Virus record (IMG/VR): IMGVR_UViG_3300009181_000033
Span: 186,001-250,000 of that record
Direction: 5' to 3' (one strand)
DNA: 64,000 nucleotides
Part shown: positions 39,501 through 47,170 of the stretch, piece by piece
How positions within the stretch are numbered: the first letter of the stretch is position 1
How the letters are laid out: every line of letters begins with the position of its first letter
Notes under the pieces: model-generated
Databases searched by the model: none
What the model saw: the letters and a program-made list of their open reading frames with translations, nothing else
Told to the model about the DNA's origin: nothing
Program-made: the position numbers and the translations under genes

Positions 39501-41974
39501 GCTTTGCCAATGTCTTCTATGGAGACATCCTTCACAACAAGGAGTGCTATTTTAAATGCCCCCAAACCTATCGCGAACACTCCTGCCATTCCGACCAAAA
39601 ATGCGGTTAATTTGCCCCAATCGACTGTGTTTGAAGTCGCATCCTGCATCTTTTTTAGTGTTTCAGGGTCAGGAAGGGAGCTGCTCATCATGGCAGACGG
39701 ACTAGAAGAAACAGGCGCCGCAGCTTTTGCAATTTGTTCGACAGACTTTCCGCCATCAGCTGCGGCTGCATTCTTAGCACCTCCCATCAGGCCGCCAAAC
39801 AAAGCTTTGCCGGCCTTATTAAATAAACCGCCTGACACTGCCCCTATCACGCCACGTAATAAAGCTGGTCCTAGAATTATTGCGGCAGCGCCAGCTATGA
39901 TTGCATGTCCTGTCTTTGTGTGTAAGAGCGCATCTTTCAATTTTTCCCACAGGACTTCTGCAAGCCTGCCCAAGGCAGGCAAGAGTTTGTCTGTGAGACT
40001 GATTATTGCCTTTTCCATGGGAGTCTTTATCGCATTTCCCATGCCAGATGCATTGACGTTTGGAATTTGAGGTTTTTTAATCCAAGCCACCAGCTTATCG
40101 ACCAACCCGGCCAATTCCGTGAACATCCAGTCGGCAATGCCGCCTATTATATTTAAGGCCGCGATACCGAATTCCTTGAATCCCTCAAGGACCTTTTTAC
40201 CTGGGCCGGCACTTTTATCAAAAAAACTAAAAAAGATAGACTTTATTTTTTCAATGACATCGGTAAAGCTCTTTATGTTGCCTTTTTTAAAGTCATCGAC
40301 GACACCGAGTATTTGACCAAACATATCTTTGAATTTTTTTGGATCAAAGAGATCTTTTATGCCACCAAAAATCTGTTTGACACCCGGAAAGAGATCAACA
40401 AAGGCCTTGCCCATCTTTATGCCGAATTCATAAGAGGACCTAAGGGTCTGTCTTATATTACTCATCATCCCCAAAAAGGCCGGTGATGATTTAATACCAA
40501 GCTGTAATCCTTCTATGATGTGAGAGAATATTCCACCGGACGCCCCTGTGCCACCAGACTGAGCTATTCTCTCTATTTGATCAGACAATTTTGACATTGC
40601 GGTGGCCTGATCCATGACGCTGCCTTCCACCTTGTCACCTTCTTTGGTGATTTTCTTCATCATGTCGCCCTGGTCTTTGTTTGCCAACATCGCATCCATT
40701 GTGGCTGCATCCAGGCCGGTAGTTTGCTGAATGAGTTTTCTTTCCTGGTAGGAAAGCTTCGTCATGTCCTTGCCGGTCGCAGCAAATTGCTTGCGAAGTA
40801 TCTCCATCTTCGAAGATGGATCTTGGGCAGACATTATTTCCTGTGCATTAATGTTCGTACCAAATGCTTCGTTCAATTTGGATGTTGATTCGGCGGCAGA
40901 ATCAAAGGTGTCAAATGAATCCATCAACCCAGTCAGCTTATCGATGGAGACACCCAGCTTGTTTGCATAAACGACAGCCGAAGCCAATTCTTTTGTGGAC
41001 AGATGACCGAAGTTCTTGACGTCGGCCATAGCCTTACCCATATCCTTCGATATAACCTTTGCATCCAAGCCGAAAGCCTTGGCCATGCCTAGAGATTGTT
41101 TGGTGATGTCTCCTAAAACATCACCCATTTTGACTCCCATCATATCCGCCTTGCCGGCGATGGTGTTCATCTGTTCTGCGGTGATGCCCAGGCCTTTTTG
41201 GTATGCCAACAGAGCACCGCCATTTTCTTCAAATTCGTTTGCGTGTTTCGCAAACTGTGGGCCCATGCCCTTCGCAACCTCGGTTACGTACTCCATTTTC
41301 TGCGCCAAATTCCCAAATACCCTAAAGGAATTCAAGCCAGTGTCGTTAAAGCCCTTCAGCTCCTTCGAGGTGGAAATAATTGCTTTGGAAGAAACAGAGG
41401 AAAGCGCCCCGAACTCTGTCCTAACCTTTTCGTAAGCAGCGGCCAGCTCATTACCGCCTCCACCAGAAGAAGCCATGTCCATGAGGCCGCCTAAAATTTT
41501 AAACGGTATGGAAAGGATACCCTTTGCAATAGAAAAAAGACCATCTACTACGCCGCCAACTACTCCACCCACGCCTTTCAGTAGTGCAAATAAATTTCTA
41601 AATCCTTGTCCCAGTCCATCAAGAGCTGAAACAGCAACAGTGGCAGCTTGGGTCAATTTGGACTTCATGACCTTGGCCAAGTTTTGCATCACACTTTCGG
41701 TTTTTGTGGTCTGCTTCTCTAGTTTTTGTGCTTCCTTGGTTACACTTTGCCACTTTTCAGGTGAAAAACACTTGTCTGAGGAATCACAAATCTTTGCCAT
41801 GTTTCCGGCCATGGCTTGCATTGAAGCTTGCAACTGAGCAAAGATTTGTATTTGATCGCCCAGGGCCTTGGAAGCCTCCGTGGCAGATTGCTTGACGGCC
41901 TGCATTGACTTAGCAACGCTTTCGGCCGTCTTCGGATCCATATTGTTACCACTTCCGCCTTCATTTCCAGCCAT
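36518..41974 (-). CDS. Tail tape measure protein
   Basis: 1818 aa, Ala/Gly-rich helical, central hydrophobic segments, internal repeats, follows chaperones. Confidence 0.85.
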   Translation of the reverse strand: MAGNEGGSGNNMDPKTAESVAKSMQAVKQSATEASKALGDQIQIFAQLQASMQAMAGNMAKICDSSDKCFSPEKWQSVTKEAQKLEKQTTKTESVMQNLAKVMKSKLTQAATVAVSALDGLGQGFRNLFALLKGVGGVVGGVVDGLFSIAKGILSIPFKILGGLMDMASSGGGGNELAAAYEKVRTEFGALSSVSSKAIISTSKELKGFNDTGLNSFRVFGNLAQKMEYVTEVAKGMGPQFAKHANEFEENGGALLAYQKGLGITAEQMNTIAGKADMMGVKMGDVLGDITKQSLGMAKAFGLDAKVISKDMGKAMADVKNFGHLSTKELASAVVYANKLGVSIDKLTGLMDSFDTFDSAAESTSKLNEAFGTNINAQEIMSAQDPSSKMEILRKQFAATGKDMTKLSYQERKLIQQTTGLDAATMDAMLANKDQGDMMKKITKEGDKVEGSVMDQATAMSKLSDQIERIAQSGGTGASGGIFSHIIEGLQLGIKSSPAFLGMMSNIRQTLRSSYEFGIKMGKAFVDLFPGVKQIFGGIKDLFDPKKFKDMFGQILGVVDDFKKGNIKSFTDVIEKIKSIFFSFFDKSAGPGKKVLEGFKEFGIAALNIIGGIADWMFTELAGLVDKLVAWIKKPQIPNVNASGMGNAIKTPMEKAIISLTDKLLPALGRLAEVLWEKLKDALLHTKTGHAIIAGAAAIILGPALLRGVIGAVSGGLFNKAGKALFGGLMGGAKNAAAADGGKSVEQIAKAAAPVSSSPSAMMSSSLPDPETLKKMQDATSNTVDWGKLTAFLVGMAGVFAIGLGAFKIALLVVKDVSIEDIGKAAIVFGAVAGMFIPMGVFLKAASGLQGVTWQSLLTVFAGMAFLLLEGIGAFALALKVVKDVSIEDIGKATLLFLAMVPMYGAAATIVLMALGISKLIKQAFKEVAVGMGTMAATVAILVGTAWLILKSFEGFNPASIEAAAIMMEAISNVYMKVGVILVEAAAIGAAIISSMGVAAGAAAAGMAAMAAGVLALSATAVVIMESLSKIKEDPAALKIKAETFVLIVNAVGDLMQKIANIIKAMDFSAFGSAADKAKQIDSVTEMIKTLLDGQNGNGGINQVIKQLIVAVKIITPDKIEPLKAFAEVIKSIGDLMGKIGDVTGKLAGESTSWIDSLSGKRSENLRAGFSGAAVYIESMMKGVIPLIRAIAEAMAKIGRAENIEKSAQAISTIFQALTGLIQGMAPDVSKFQKTKVSGAGFWSGGVKQAEVDSAGITAAATYMEKVLGAVTEKLLPFAKKLIGSVTSSLSGLKPEQISGLAPLAEIIKAITGLAGTLSSSTKDAGNIKVDAAQGAIVSVVSSFPSISDIFDKVKDSIPQLVSSMMAVTKTIPSGQEFKNKLETVSSIFSTFGKISELSKIIGDIPDPGNKGKSNSFLEDTLGHVMGILSALAGDTWNGYYSIKYVAGYLQKIGDYMGKGTALVDTSKKLGEMLSGIGSSFSGITSGLNSIEDKGSKGKSNAFLEDTFGHVMGIFSALAGASWGEKYSLKFLVDYVKKIGEYIGKDTSAIDGIKKLGDLFKEMGPVLSSMSNSTKDLEDGPMGIGNAFLSQTMENLNFIFTALAEPSGNRSINTLMTKFKDVSGVIGGYQSSQVKSTFIPDVVNLLKDVEKGIDPAVSLFDNIKAIDNMPRTLDSVKNMVSGAQRIFDQFKTSVPGQAVAMIKTVEEVVTAIQKVDEALAKGTSVDIKTKLEEFAGKMGLGSSGIYTVRSKEVLLTVNLNVTMDTGKVESAIIKDNRSIIRDRINFLLEQKEMPIKDNQTMFIHANSSNNSRFSGYSG

Positions 41975-42006
41975 GGCCTACATCCCTCCAATGCAAAAAC
42001 TTCAGA

Positions 42007-42309
42007 TCAAAGTGGCCAACGGACCCCAAGGGTCCTTTCAAATTCAGAAGCAGACATTTGCTTGATCCTCAATTTGTCTATGACCGACTGAACAGATGCA
42101 CCTGGTTTCTGTAGTTCATCTTGGAATCTTCTTGACGCCGAAAGCGCATTGGCAACGGCATTAATTTCACTCTCACTGCCTCTCAGCTTGGTATTAACCA
42201 ATTTTCCGGCCAGCCAAGCGCCCAATGACGCCAAGAAAATCTTTCCAGTCAAACTAAGGGAAAACATCCCTTCATTTAATGTGTCATTTTTGTCAGTCTC
42301 GGCGGCCAT
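42007..42309 (-). CDS. Hypothetical tail-region protein
   Basis: 100-aa ORF with AGGAG RBS. Confidence 0.6.
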   Translation of the reverse strand: MAAETDKNDTLNEGMFSLSLTGKIFLASLGAWLAGKLVNTKLRGSESEINAVANALSASRRFQDELQKPGASVQSVIDKLRIKQMSASEFERTLGVRWPL

Positions 42310-42372
42310 AAAATCTCCTAAAGTGCTAAAGCTCTACAGTAAATAATAGCATTAAGTCAAATTTGACATAAT

Positions 42373-42654
42373 TTATGTAAAACGACGAAGCCTTGAAGGC
42401 GTCTGTTCCCTTGCCATCCCCTGTAGCGCTCGAGTATCAGGAGAATTTTGATGCACGGCGCGAGACTGCGTGTTGCCGCTGTCGTGAGTTCTCTTTAATT
42501 CACGACTAATTCTGTCGATGAACCAGCGCTTGTACGCAACTGGCAGATTTTGAACCTCGCTATAGAGAAATCCACCATAGTAAGTGAGCAAAAACGCCGG
42601 TTCAAGGATCAGCTGTTCTCTATCTTCCGGCCGAAGGCCAAAGAAAGGTGACAC
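42373..42654 (-). CDS. Tail assembly chaperone extension, likely made by frameshift from upstream gene
   Basis: Overlaps upstream ORF by 35 nt in +1 frame; YYGGFLYSEVQNLPVAYKRWFI. Confidence 0.65.
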   Translation of the reverse strand: MSPFFGLRPEDREQLILEPAFLLTYYGGFLYSEVQNLPVAYKRWFIDRISRELKRTHDSGNTQSRAVHQNSPDTRALQGMAREQTPSRLRRFT

Positions 42655-43498
42655 CGAGGGGCATGCTCACCTCCTCACCGTGACCGCATGAATCACAAAC
42701 AGTGTGCTGCTTCATCTCAATTCCAGGCTCATTTTCTTTCACATAATTGCGAAGGGCCAATGAGTCACGGGCAGGCATCGCCTTAACGAATGCAGCAATC
42801 TTTGAGCGATCTTCAATGCCATCGATTGAAATAATTGAATAAAGCAAATTGGTTGTAACATTGGACTCGGCGCCCAACGCCAACTTCTTCTGCTTCTCAT
42901 TCAACATCATGATCTCTTCCTCGTCACGGCCGGTCATGAACTTAAACCTAACAACCTTCTTGCTGTAAGGGAGCAAGAACTCAAATAAATTAACACCAGG
43001 CTGAACAGGCTCAATCTCAAGTCGCTTTATGGGAAGAGAACCAAGATCGAATGAATGCGGTGACTTAATGTTGCACTCAGGGCACTCCATCTCAACCTGA
43101 TACTCAGGTCCATAACCCGTAATTCGAATGGCAGTCATCAAAGCATTTCTATCGCCGCTGAGGAGGTCAAGAGGATTAATTGACCTATCTATCAAACAAG
43201 ACTTAATCAGCTCAGTAACAACTGTCCCTTTCTTCAATAAGGCTCTGGAGGTTAAAATATCTTCCTCCTTGGCAGTCATCGCCTTAATCTCAACGACATC
43301 CATCTCGTAGAGAGACGACCCTTGAGGGTACACCCTCCCAGAAGAAGGAAGCGGCACAACCTCATGAGGTATATCTAATCCAAAATCAGCCTTTACCTTA
43401 TCTGATGCCGACTGTCTCGGCATTCTTGGATCAACGCCCTGTGACATTTGCTGCTGCTGAGAAAAAACTGCATTCTTCTGTTCACGATCTTCTGACAT
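42620..43498 (-). CDS. Tail/baseplate assembly chaperone (gp26-like)
   Basis: LPSSGRVY, MTAKEEDIL, GDRNAL..IR..GYG, CPEC, CDSCG..TFLWP. Confidence 0.7.
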   Translation of the reverse strand: MSEDREQKNAVFSQQQQMSQGVDPRMPRQSASDKVKADFGLDIPHEVVPLPSSGRVYPQGSSLYEMDVVEIKAMTAKEEDILTSRALLKKGTVVTELIKSCLIDRSINPLDLLSGDRNALMTAIRITGYGPEYQVEMECPECNIKSPHSFDLGSLPIKRLEIEPVQPGVNLFEFLLPYSKKVVRFKFMTGRDEEEIMMLNEKQKKLALGAESNVTTNLLYSIISIDGIEDRSKIAAFVKAMPARDSLALRNYVKENEPGIEMKQHTVCDSCGHGEEVSMPLGVTFLWPSAGR

Positions 43499-43614
43499 GT
43501 GCTAAGTCTCCTGATAACTTATCATATGGCCGCAGCGCAGAAAGTAAACAAATTCAACAAAAAAACATCTTATAATAGTTCACTTACATAATTAAAAAAG
43601 AAATAGGTGCTTAA

Positions 43615-44007
43615 ATGGCTATCAACTACCCTCTACAAGGCGAATTCAACACTTCAGCATATACAATCTCAGCTACTCCCTTTGTGACATCATCAACCAT
43701 CACACTGGGTGAAATAAAAGAAATCAATTTCGGCTACGTATCTAGATTTTTCTCCGTAAAAAACACCTCCCCAGGTACAGTCATATCGGTGGGATTCTCC
43801 ACCAACGGACTCAAACCAAAAAACTCAAACTTCTTCTTCCTCAGCGGCTCACAAGACTCAGGAGCGCTCGAACTCAGGGCAGACAAAATATTCATCTCAG
43901 GCTCAAGCGGAAACTCCATTTTTACCATAACCGCAGGACTAACAACAATAGCATCCAAGTTCGCCACACCCCTCACATCATCAATGGGCTTCACCGGAAT
44001 AGGTTAA
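43615..44007 (+). CDS. Ser/Thr-rich hypothetical protein
   Basis: 130-aa ORF, AGGTG RBS, ATAATTA at 43588-43594. Confidence 0.6.
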   Translation: MAINYPLQGEFNTSAYTISATPFVTSSTITLGEIKEINFGYVSRFFSVKNTSPGTVISVGFSTNGLKPKNSNFFFLSGSQDSGALELRADKIFISGSSGNSIFTITAGLTTIASKFATPLTSSMGFTGIG

Positions 44008-45668
44008 TCACAATTAATTTTCATGAGATAATTTCCACAACCCCAAATCTCAACAACTCCCGACTCTTTGGCAACTTCTTCTTGTGATAGATTACGAATC
44101 TTATCTGCTTTGTATTTAAATCTATTGTAGCGATGACCATAGTCAGTCCACCAAAATCTAGCACCCTTCGGTGACGACTCTAATCGCCAACCGGCAGTCA
44201 AATAGCTTTTGCCGTCGCCAACACGAGCGTCGACATAAGAAATGATGGACTGGAAACCCAAAGATTTTGCTTTCTTAAGCGAAACGGAAGTCAATCTTCC
44301 AATCCATCCACGAATTGTAATTCCTGGAAGACAAGCAGATCTTGCAACCTCTAGGGATAAAATTGCCTTCGAAGCATGAAATGGTTTTCGAAGTGACATG
44401 GCAGCGACAACCCTTCCAGATTCGTCAACGAGCCCAAAACAAGAAAAACACCTGACGTGCCCTTCAAGATGCGACATTTCAAAAAATGCTGCCGCCGTCA
44501 TATTGTCCAATTCCTTGATTTGTAATTTTCTTGCGTCAAGAACCTCGCCAGGCACACCAAGCCTGTGACGTAACATGCCCTCCACAATTTGTCGACGATT
44601 CTTCCATTCGTCTTCGAAAATCATAAAAAATTTGTGTCCGGCAGCCTCAACCGATTTTCGCTTTATTTCATGGTAGTTCCTGTCAGGGATGTTTGAAACC
44701 GAATGCCAATAGAGGCCATTGTATTCGATTGCAAGTTTTTTAGACGGCACGAGGATGTCCACCTCGCGAGGCGCAATTAGGCTTCTGTCAGAGAGAATTG
44801 CATCTGGTGTGATAGATGCAACGAAATTATAAACCTCGATCTGTCCCTTTGATTCTTTGGGCGCGCAAGAAAAACAGATAGGAGATTCCTCCAGCATGGC
44901 AAGACTCTTAAGTTGCTCGGCTCCACATTGCTTGCAAACGAACTTCAAACGATCTATGCGACGTCTCTTGTAATCTTCAATCGATGACAAAAGATGAAAT
45001 CCATCTGCGTGAAAAGCCAGCCTTGCTTCGAGATCTGCGGGCTTTATTCTTCGACCTGCACCTGATTTGTCATAACGTGCCTTTATTTTTTCGGCCGCAG
45101 ACGCAAGTGAAAGGTTTGTTTCTTTCGTGAGCCCTTTGTTCCATGGCACAAGTTCACCAGTTGCAAACATGCTCTTCTTAGTCATAGAAATCTTTTCGGC
45201 AGCTAGCTTCGCCTTTTCCGAATCAGATAAACGCCAATCGACAAAGGAACCTGAGAAATATCCCTTCCTCATCGTATCACCTGTCTTTAAAGACATGTCT
45301 GTGATTTTTTTTGATGTTTCTTTGGTAAGACCTTTGTTCCACACGGCATACGCACCCGACGCGTATGTTTCTGCGCGTTTTGCTGCCATTTCTTGTTGTT
45401 TATCTGGTTTCAGATAAACAGAATCGACTCTCGCATTGTGTCCTCTTGCGTATTTTGAAACGAAACCCCTTTTCCATCCTAACCATGGAATGTCGACATC
45501 ACATGTTGGAGAACACGCACATTTTGGCTGCTTGTCTTCGTTGAAGAGATGAACATAAAAGGACAACACATCCTCCACGTTATGACAATTCTTCAAGTGC
45601 TCAAGAAATCTAATTTCTTGCCCAAAGTCTTTCTCGCATTTCGGACACTTAATACGTTCGTAGGCCAT
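44004..45668 (-). CDS. Hef-like homing endonuclease paralog 1
   Basis: C2H2 finger, WNKGLTKET x2, AIEYNGLYWHS, IFEDEW, SYVDAR, RFWWTD, IWGCG; start moved to ATG 45668. Confidence 0.75.
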   Translation of the reverse strand: MAYERIKCPKCEKDFGQEIRFLEHLKNCHNVEDVLSFYVHLFNEDKQPKCACSPTCDVDIPWLGWKRGFVSKYARGHNARVDSVYLKPDKQQEMAAKRAETYASGAYAVWNKGLTKETSKKITDMSLKTGDTMRKGYFSGSFVDWRLSDSEKAKLAAEKISMTKKSMFATGELVPWNKGLTKETNLSLASAAEKIKARYDKSGAGRRIKPADLEARLAFHADGFHLLSSIEDYKRRRIDRLKFVCKQCGAEQLKSLAMLEESPICFSCAPKESKGQIEVYNFVASITPDAILSDRSLIAPREVDILVPSKKLAIEYNGLYWHSVSNIPDRNYHEIKRKSVEAAGHKFFMIFEDEWKNRRQIVEGMLRHRLGVPGEVLDARKLQIKELDNMTAAAFFEMSHLEGHVRCFSCFGLVDESGRVVAAMSLRKPFHASKAILSLEVARSACLPGITIRGWIGRLTSVSLKKAKSLGFQSIISYVDARVGDGKSYLTAGWRLESSPKGARFWWTDYGHRYNRFKYKADKIRNLSQEEVAKESGVVEIWGCGNYLMKINCD

Positions 45669-45694
45669 GGCACAAATATACCACAGCCTACGAA
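45657..45694 (-). promoter_or_regulatory. Start-occluding hairpin containing extended -10
   Basis: TTCGTAGGCTGTGGTA-TATTTG-TGCCATGGCCTACGAA: 16 pairs incl. 3 G-U; TGGTATATT 6 nt before ATG. Confidence 0.75.
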
Positions 45695-45717
45695 GTTGTA
45701 TAATCCAGTTGGCAGTG

Positions 45718-46515
45718 TCATTGTGTTGAAAAATGATGGGCATCGTGACATGCAACACACAATACGACACCAGAAACGTCTTGCTTCAAGTGGTAATCTG
45801 ACACCCACTCCGCTATCATCGACTTCCTCTCAAACGAATCACCAGGCTCACCCAGCTCGGCAATCGCGCGGTGCAAGATAGATGCGAATCTCTCCTCGTT
45901 GTGGTGCACCTCCAGGTCCCTCGTTCCTCCACACTTAGAACAACGAAATCCACTCGCTTTCAACTTCGGATACACCCAACTATTGTAAATATGTGATCTA
46001 ACGAGTGGTTGCAAAGCTGAAGTGCCATCCCTCCATTGAGAATGTGCCGAGCCAGTTAACGGCGTGATAATTCCAGTTTGCCATTGATCTCTCATTTTTT
46101 GAGATTTCCTAATCTTTTCGGACGTCGAATTGTAAGCGGCTTCTGAAATTTTTGCAAATACAGGATCATTCTCTTTTGATTTACCACGATTCCAAGGATT
46201 TCTGCTCCACAATCCTTCATCACGACGCTTCTTAAGGCTTTTTTCCTGTGCGCTCTTATTGTGCCCCCAATTATTGTGAACACGTGCTGCATGACCAAGA
46301 ACGTATTCCGAATATCCTTTCTGAAGAGTTACGAATTTCGTTGTCTCACCACAACCACAAGCACAAGTAGGTTCTTTTCCGTCTGGAAAGAATAGCATAC
46401 AATACAGGTCTTTGGTTGGTAGATTGTGTCGCTTTTGACAATGGATCCTCATCGAATCCAATTTAGAAGTTTCATACTCACCGCAAACCGGGCACTTAAA
46501 AGTCGAAGGGTCCAT
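45718..46515 (-). CDS. HNH homing endonuclease with Zn-finger N-terminus
   Basis: CPVC..HCQKRH, CACGCG, PWNRGK, CSKCG..LEVHH..LCVACH. Confidence 0.8.
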   Translation of the reverse strand: MDPSTFKCPVCGEYETSKLDSMRIHCQKRHNLPTKDLYCMLFFPDGKEPTCACGCGETTKFVTLQKGYSEYVLGHAARVHNNWGHNKSAQEKSLKKRRDEGLWSRNPWNRGKSKENDPVFAKISEAAYNSTSEKIRKSQKMRDQWQTGIITPLTGSAHSQWRDGTSALQPLVRSHIYNSWVYPKLKASGFRCSKCGGTRDLEVHHNEERFASILHRAIAELGEPGDSFERKSMIAEWVSDYHLKQDVSGVVLCVACHDAHHFSTQ

Positions 46516-46543
46516 GGTAGAAATATACCACGAACCCTTGACT
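46501..46543 (-). promoter_or_regulatory. Start-occluding hairpin containing extended -10
   Basis: AGTCAAGGGTTCGTGGTA-TATTTC-TACCATGGACCCTTCGACT; same geometry as 45657-45694. Confidence 0.75.
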
Positions 46544-46584
46544 TGTATATTTGACTTTCGCTTTTCGATCGTCGAATCGCAGCG

Positions 46585-47073
46585 TCAAAACTGCAAAACA
46601 CAGTTATCAAAGCGGAGAGTCATTGAGATTTCCATGGGACCACCATCCTCATAGGTGACCTCACCGAAATTCGCTTCTGTAATGAAAGCTCCCTTTATAT
46701 CCCATAGCTCAACAACTGTGCCGACTGGGTCTAGGAGTTTGAGTTGGATGTCACGCTTATAGAAGTCGGCGTAGCCGGAGCGGCCGGATACTGATTCGAA
46801 GTGTGTGCGTACCCATTCCATGACCTGTTGTGCTCCGGAGGGAGCGATTGGGTCGTGGAGTGTGACGGCCATTGTGCCGAATGAAGTTTTGCCGGCGAGG
46901 TAGCGGCGGCTGTTGATGAAGGGAACTTCAACTTCTTCGGTGGTGATTGTGGGGCGTGCGGTTGTCTTGATGATATAGGCGTCGATGCCCTCGATCATGA
47001 GAACCCAGCGGTTCTTTCGCTTGGGTTCGAATTTAGCGGGTACCATCGATGCAACGTCTAATGTCTCGGCCAT
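46585..47073 (-). CDS. Tail tube protein (gp19-like)
   Basis: FEPKRKNRW..YLAGK..GAQQVMEW..GYADFYKRDI..W.IKGAF..LRFD. Confidence 0.85.
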   Translation of the reverse strand: MAETLDVASMVPAKFEPKRKNRWVLMIEGIDAYIIKTTARPTITTEEVEVPFINSRRYLAGKTSFGTMAVTLHDPIAPSGAQQVMEWVRTHFESVSGRSGYADFYKRDIQLKLLDPVGTVVELWDIKGAFITEANFGEVTYEDGGPMEISMTLRFDNCVLQF

Positions 47074-47170
47074 TTTTGTCTCCTTGTTGCCTTTTTTCTC
47101 GGCATTCACTCTTAAATATCAACAAATTATTTTTTTATCATCTTTATTTTTATAGAATAACTATATTCTA

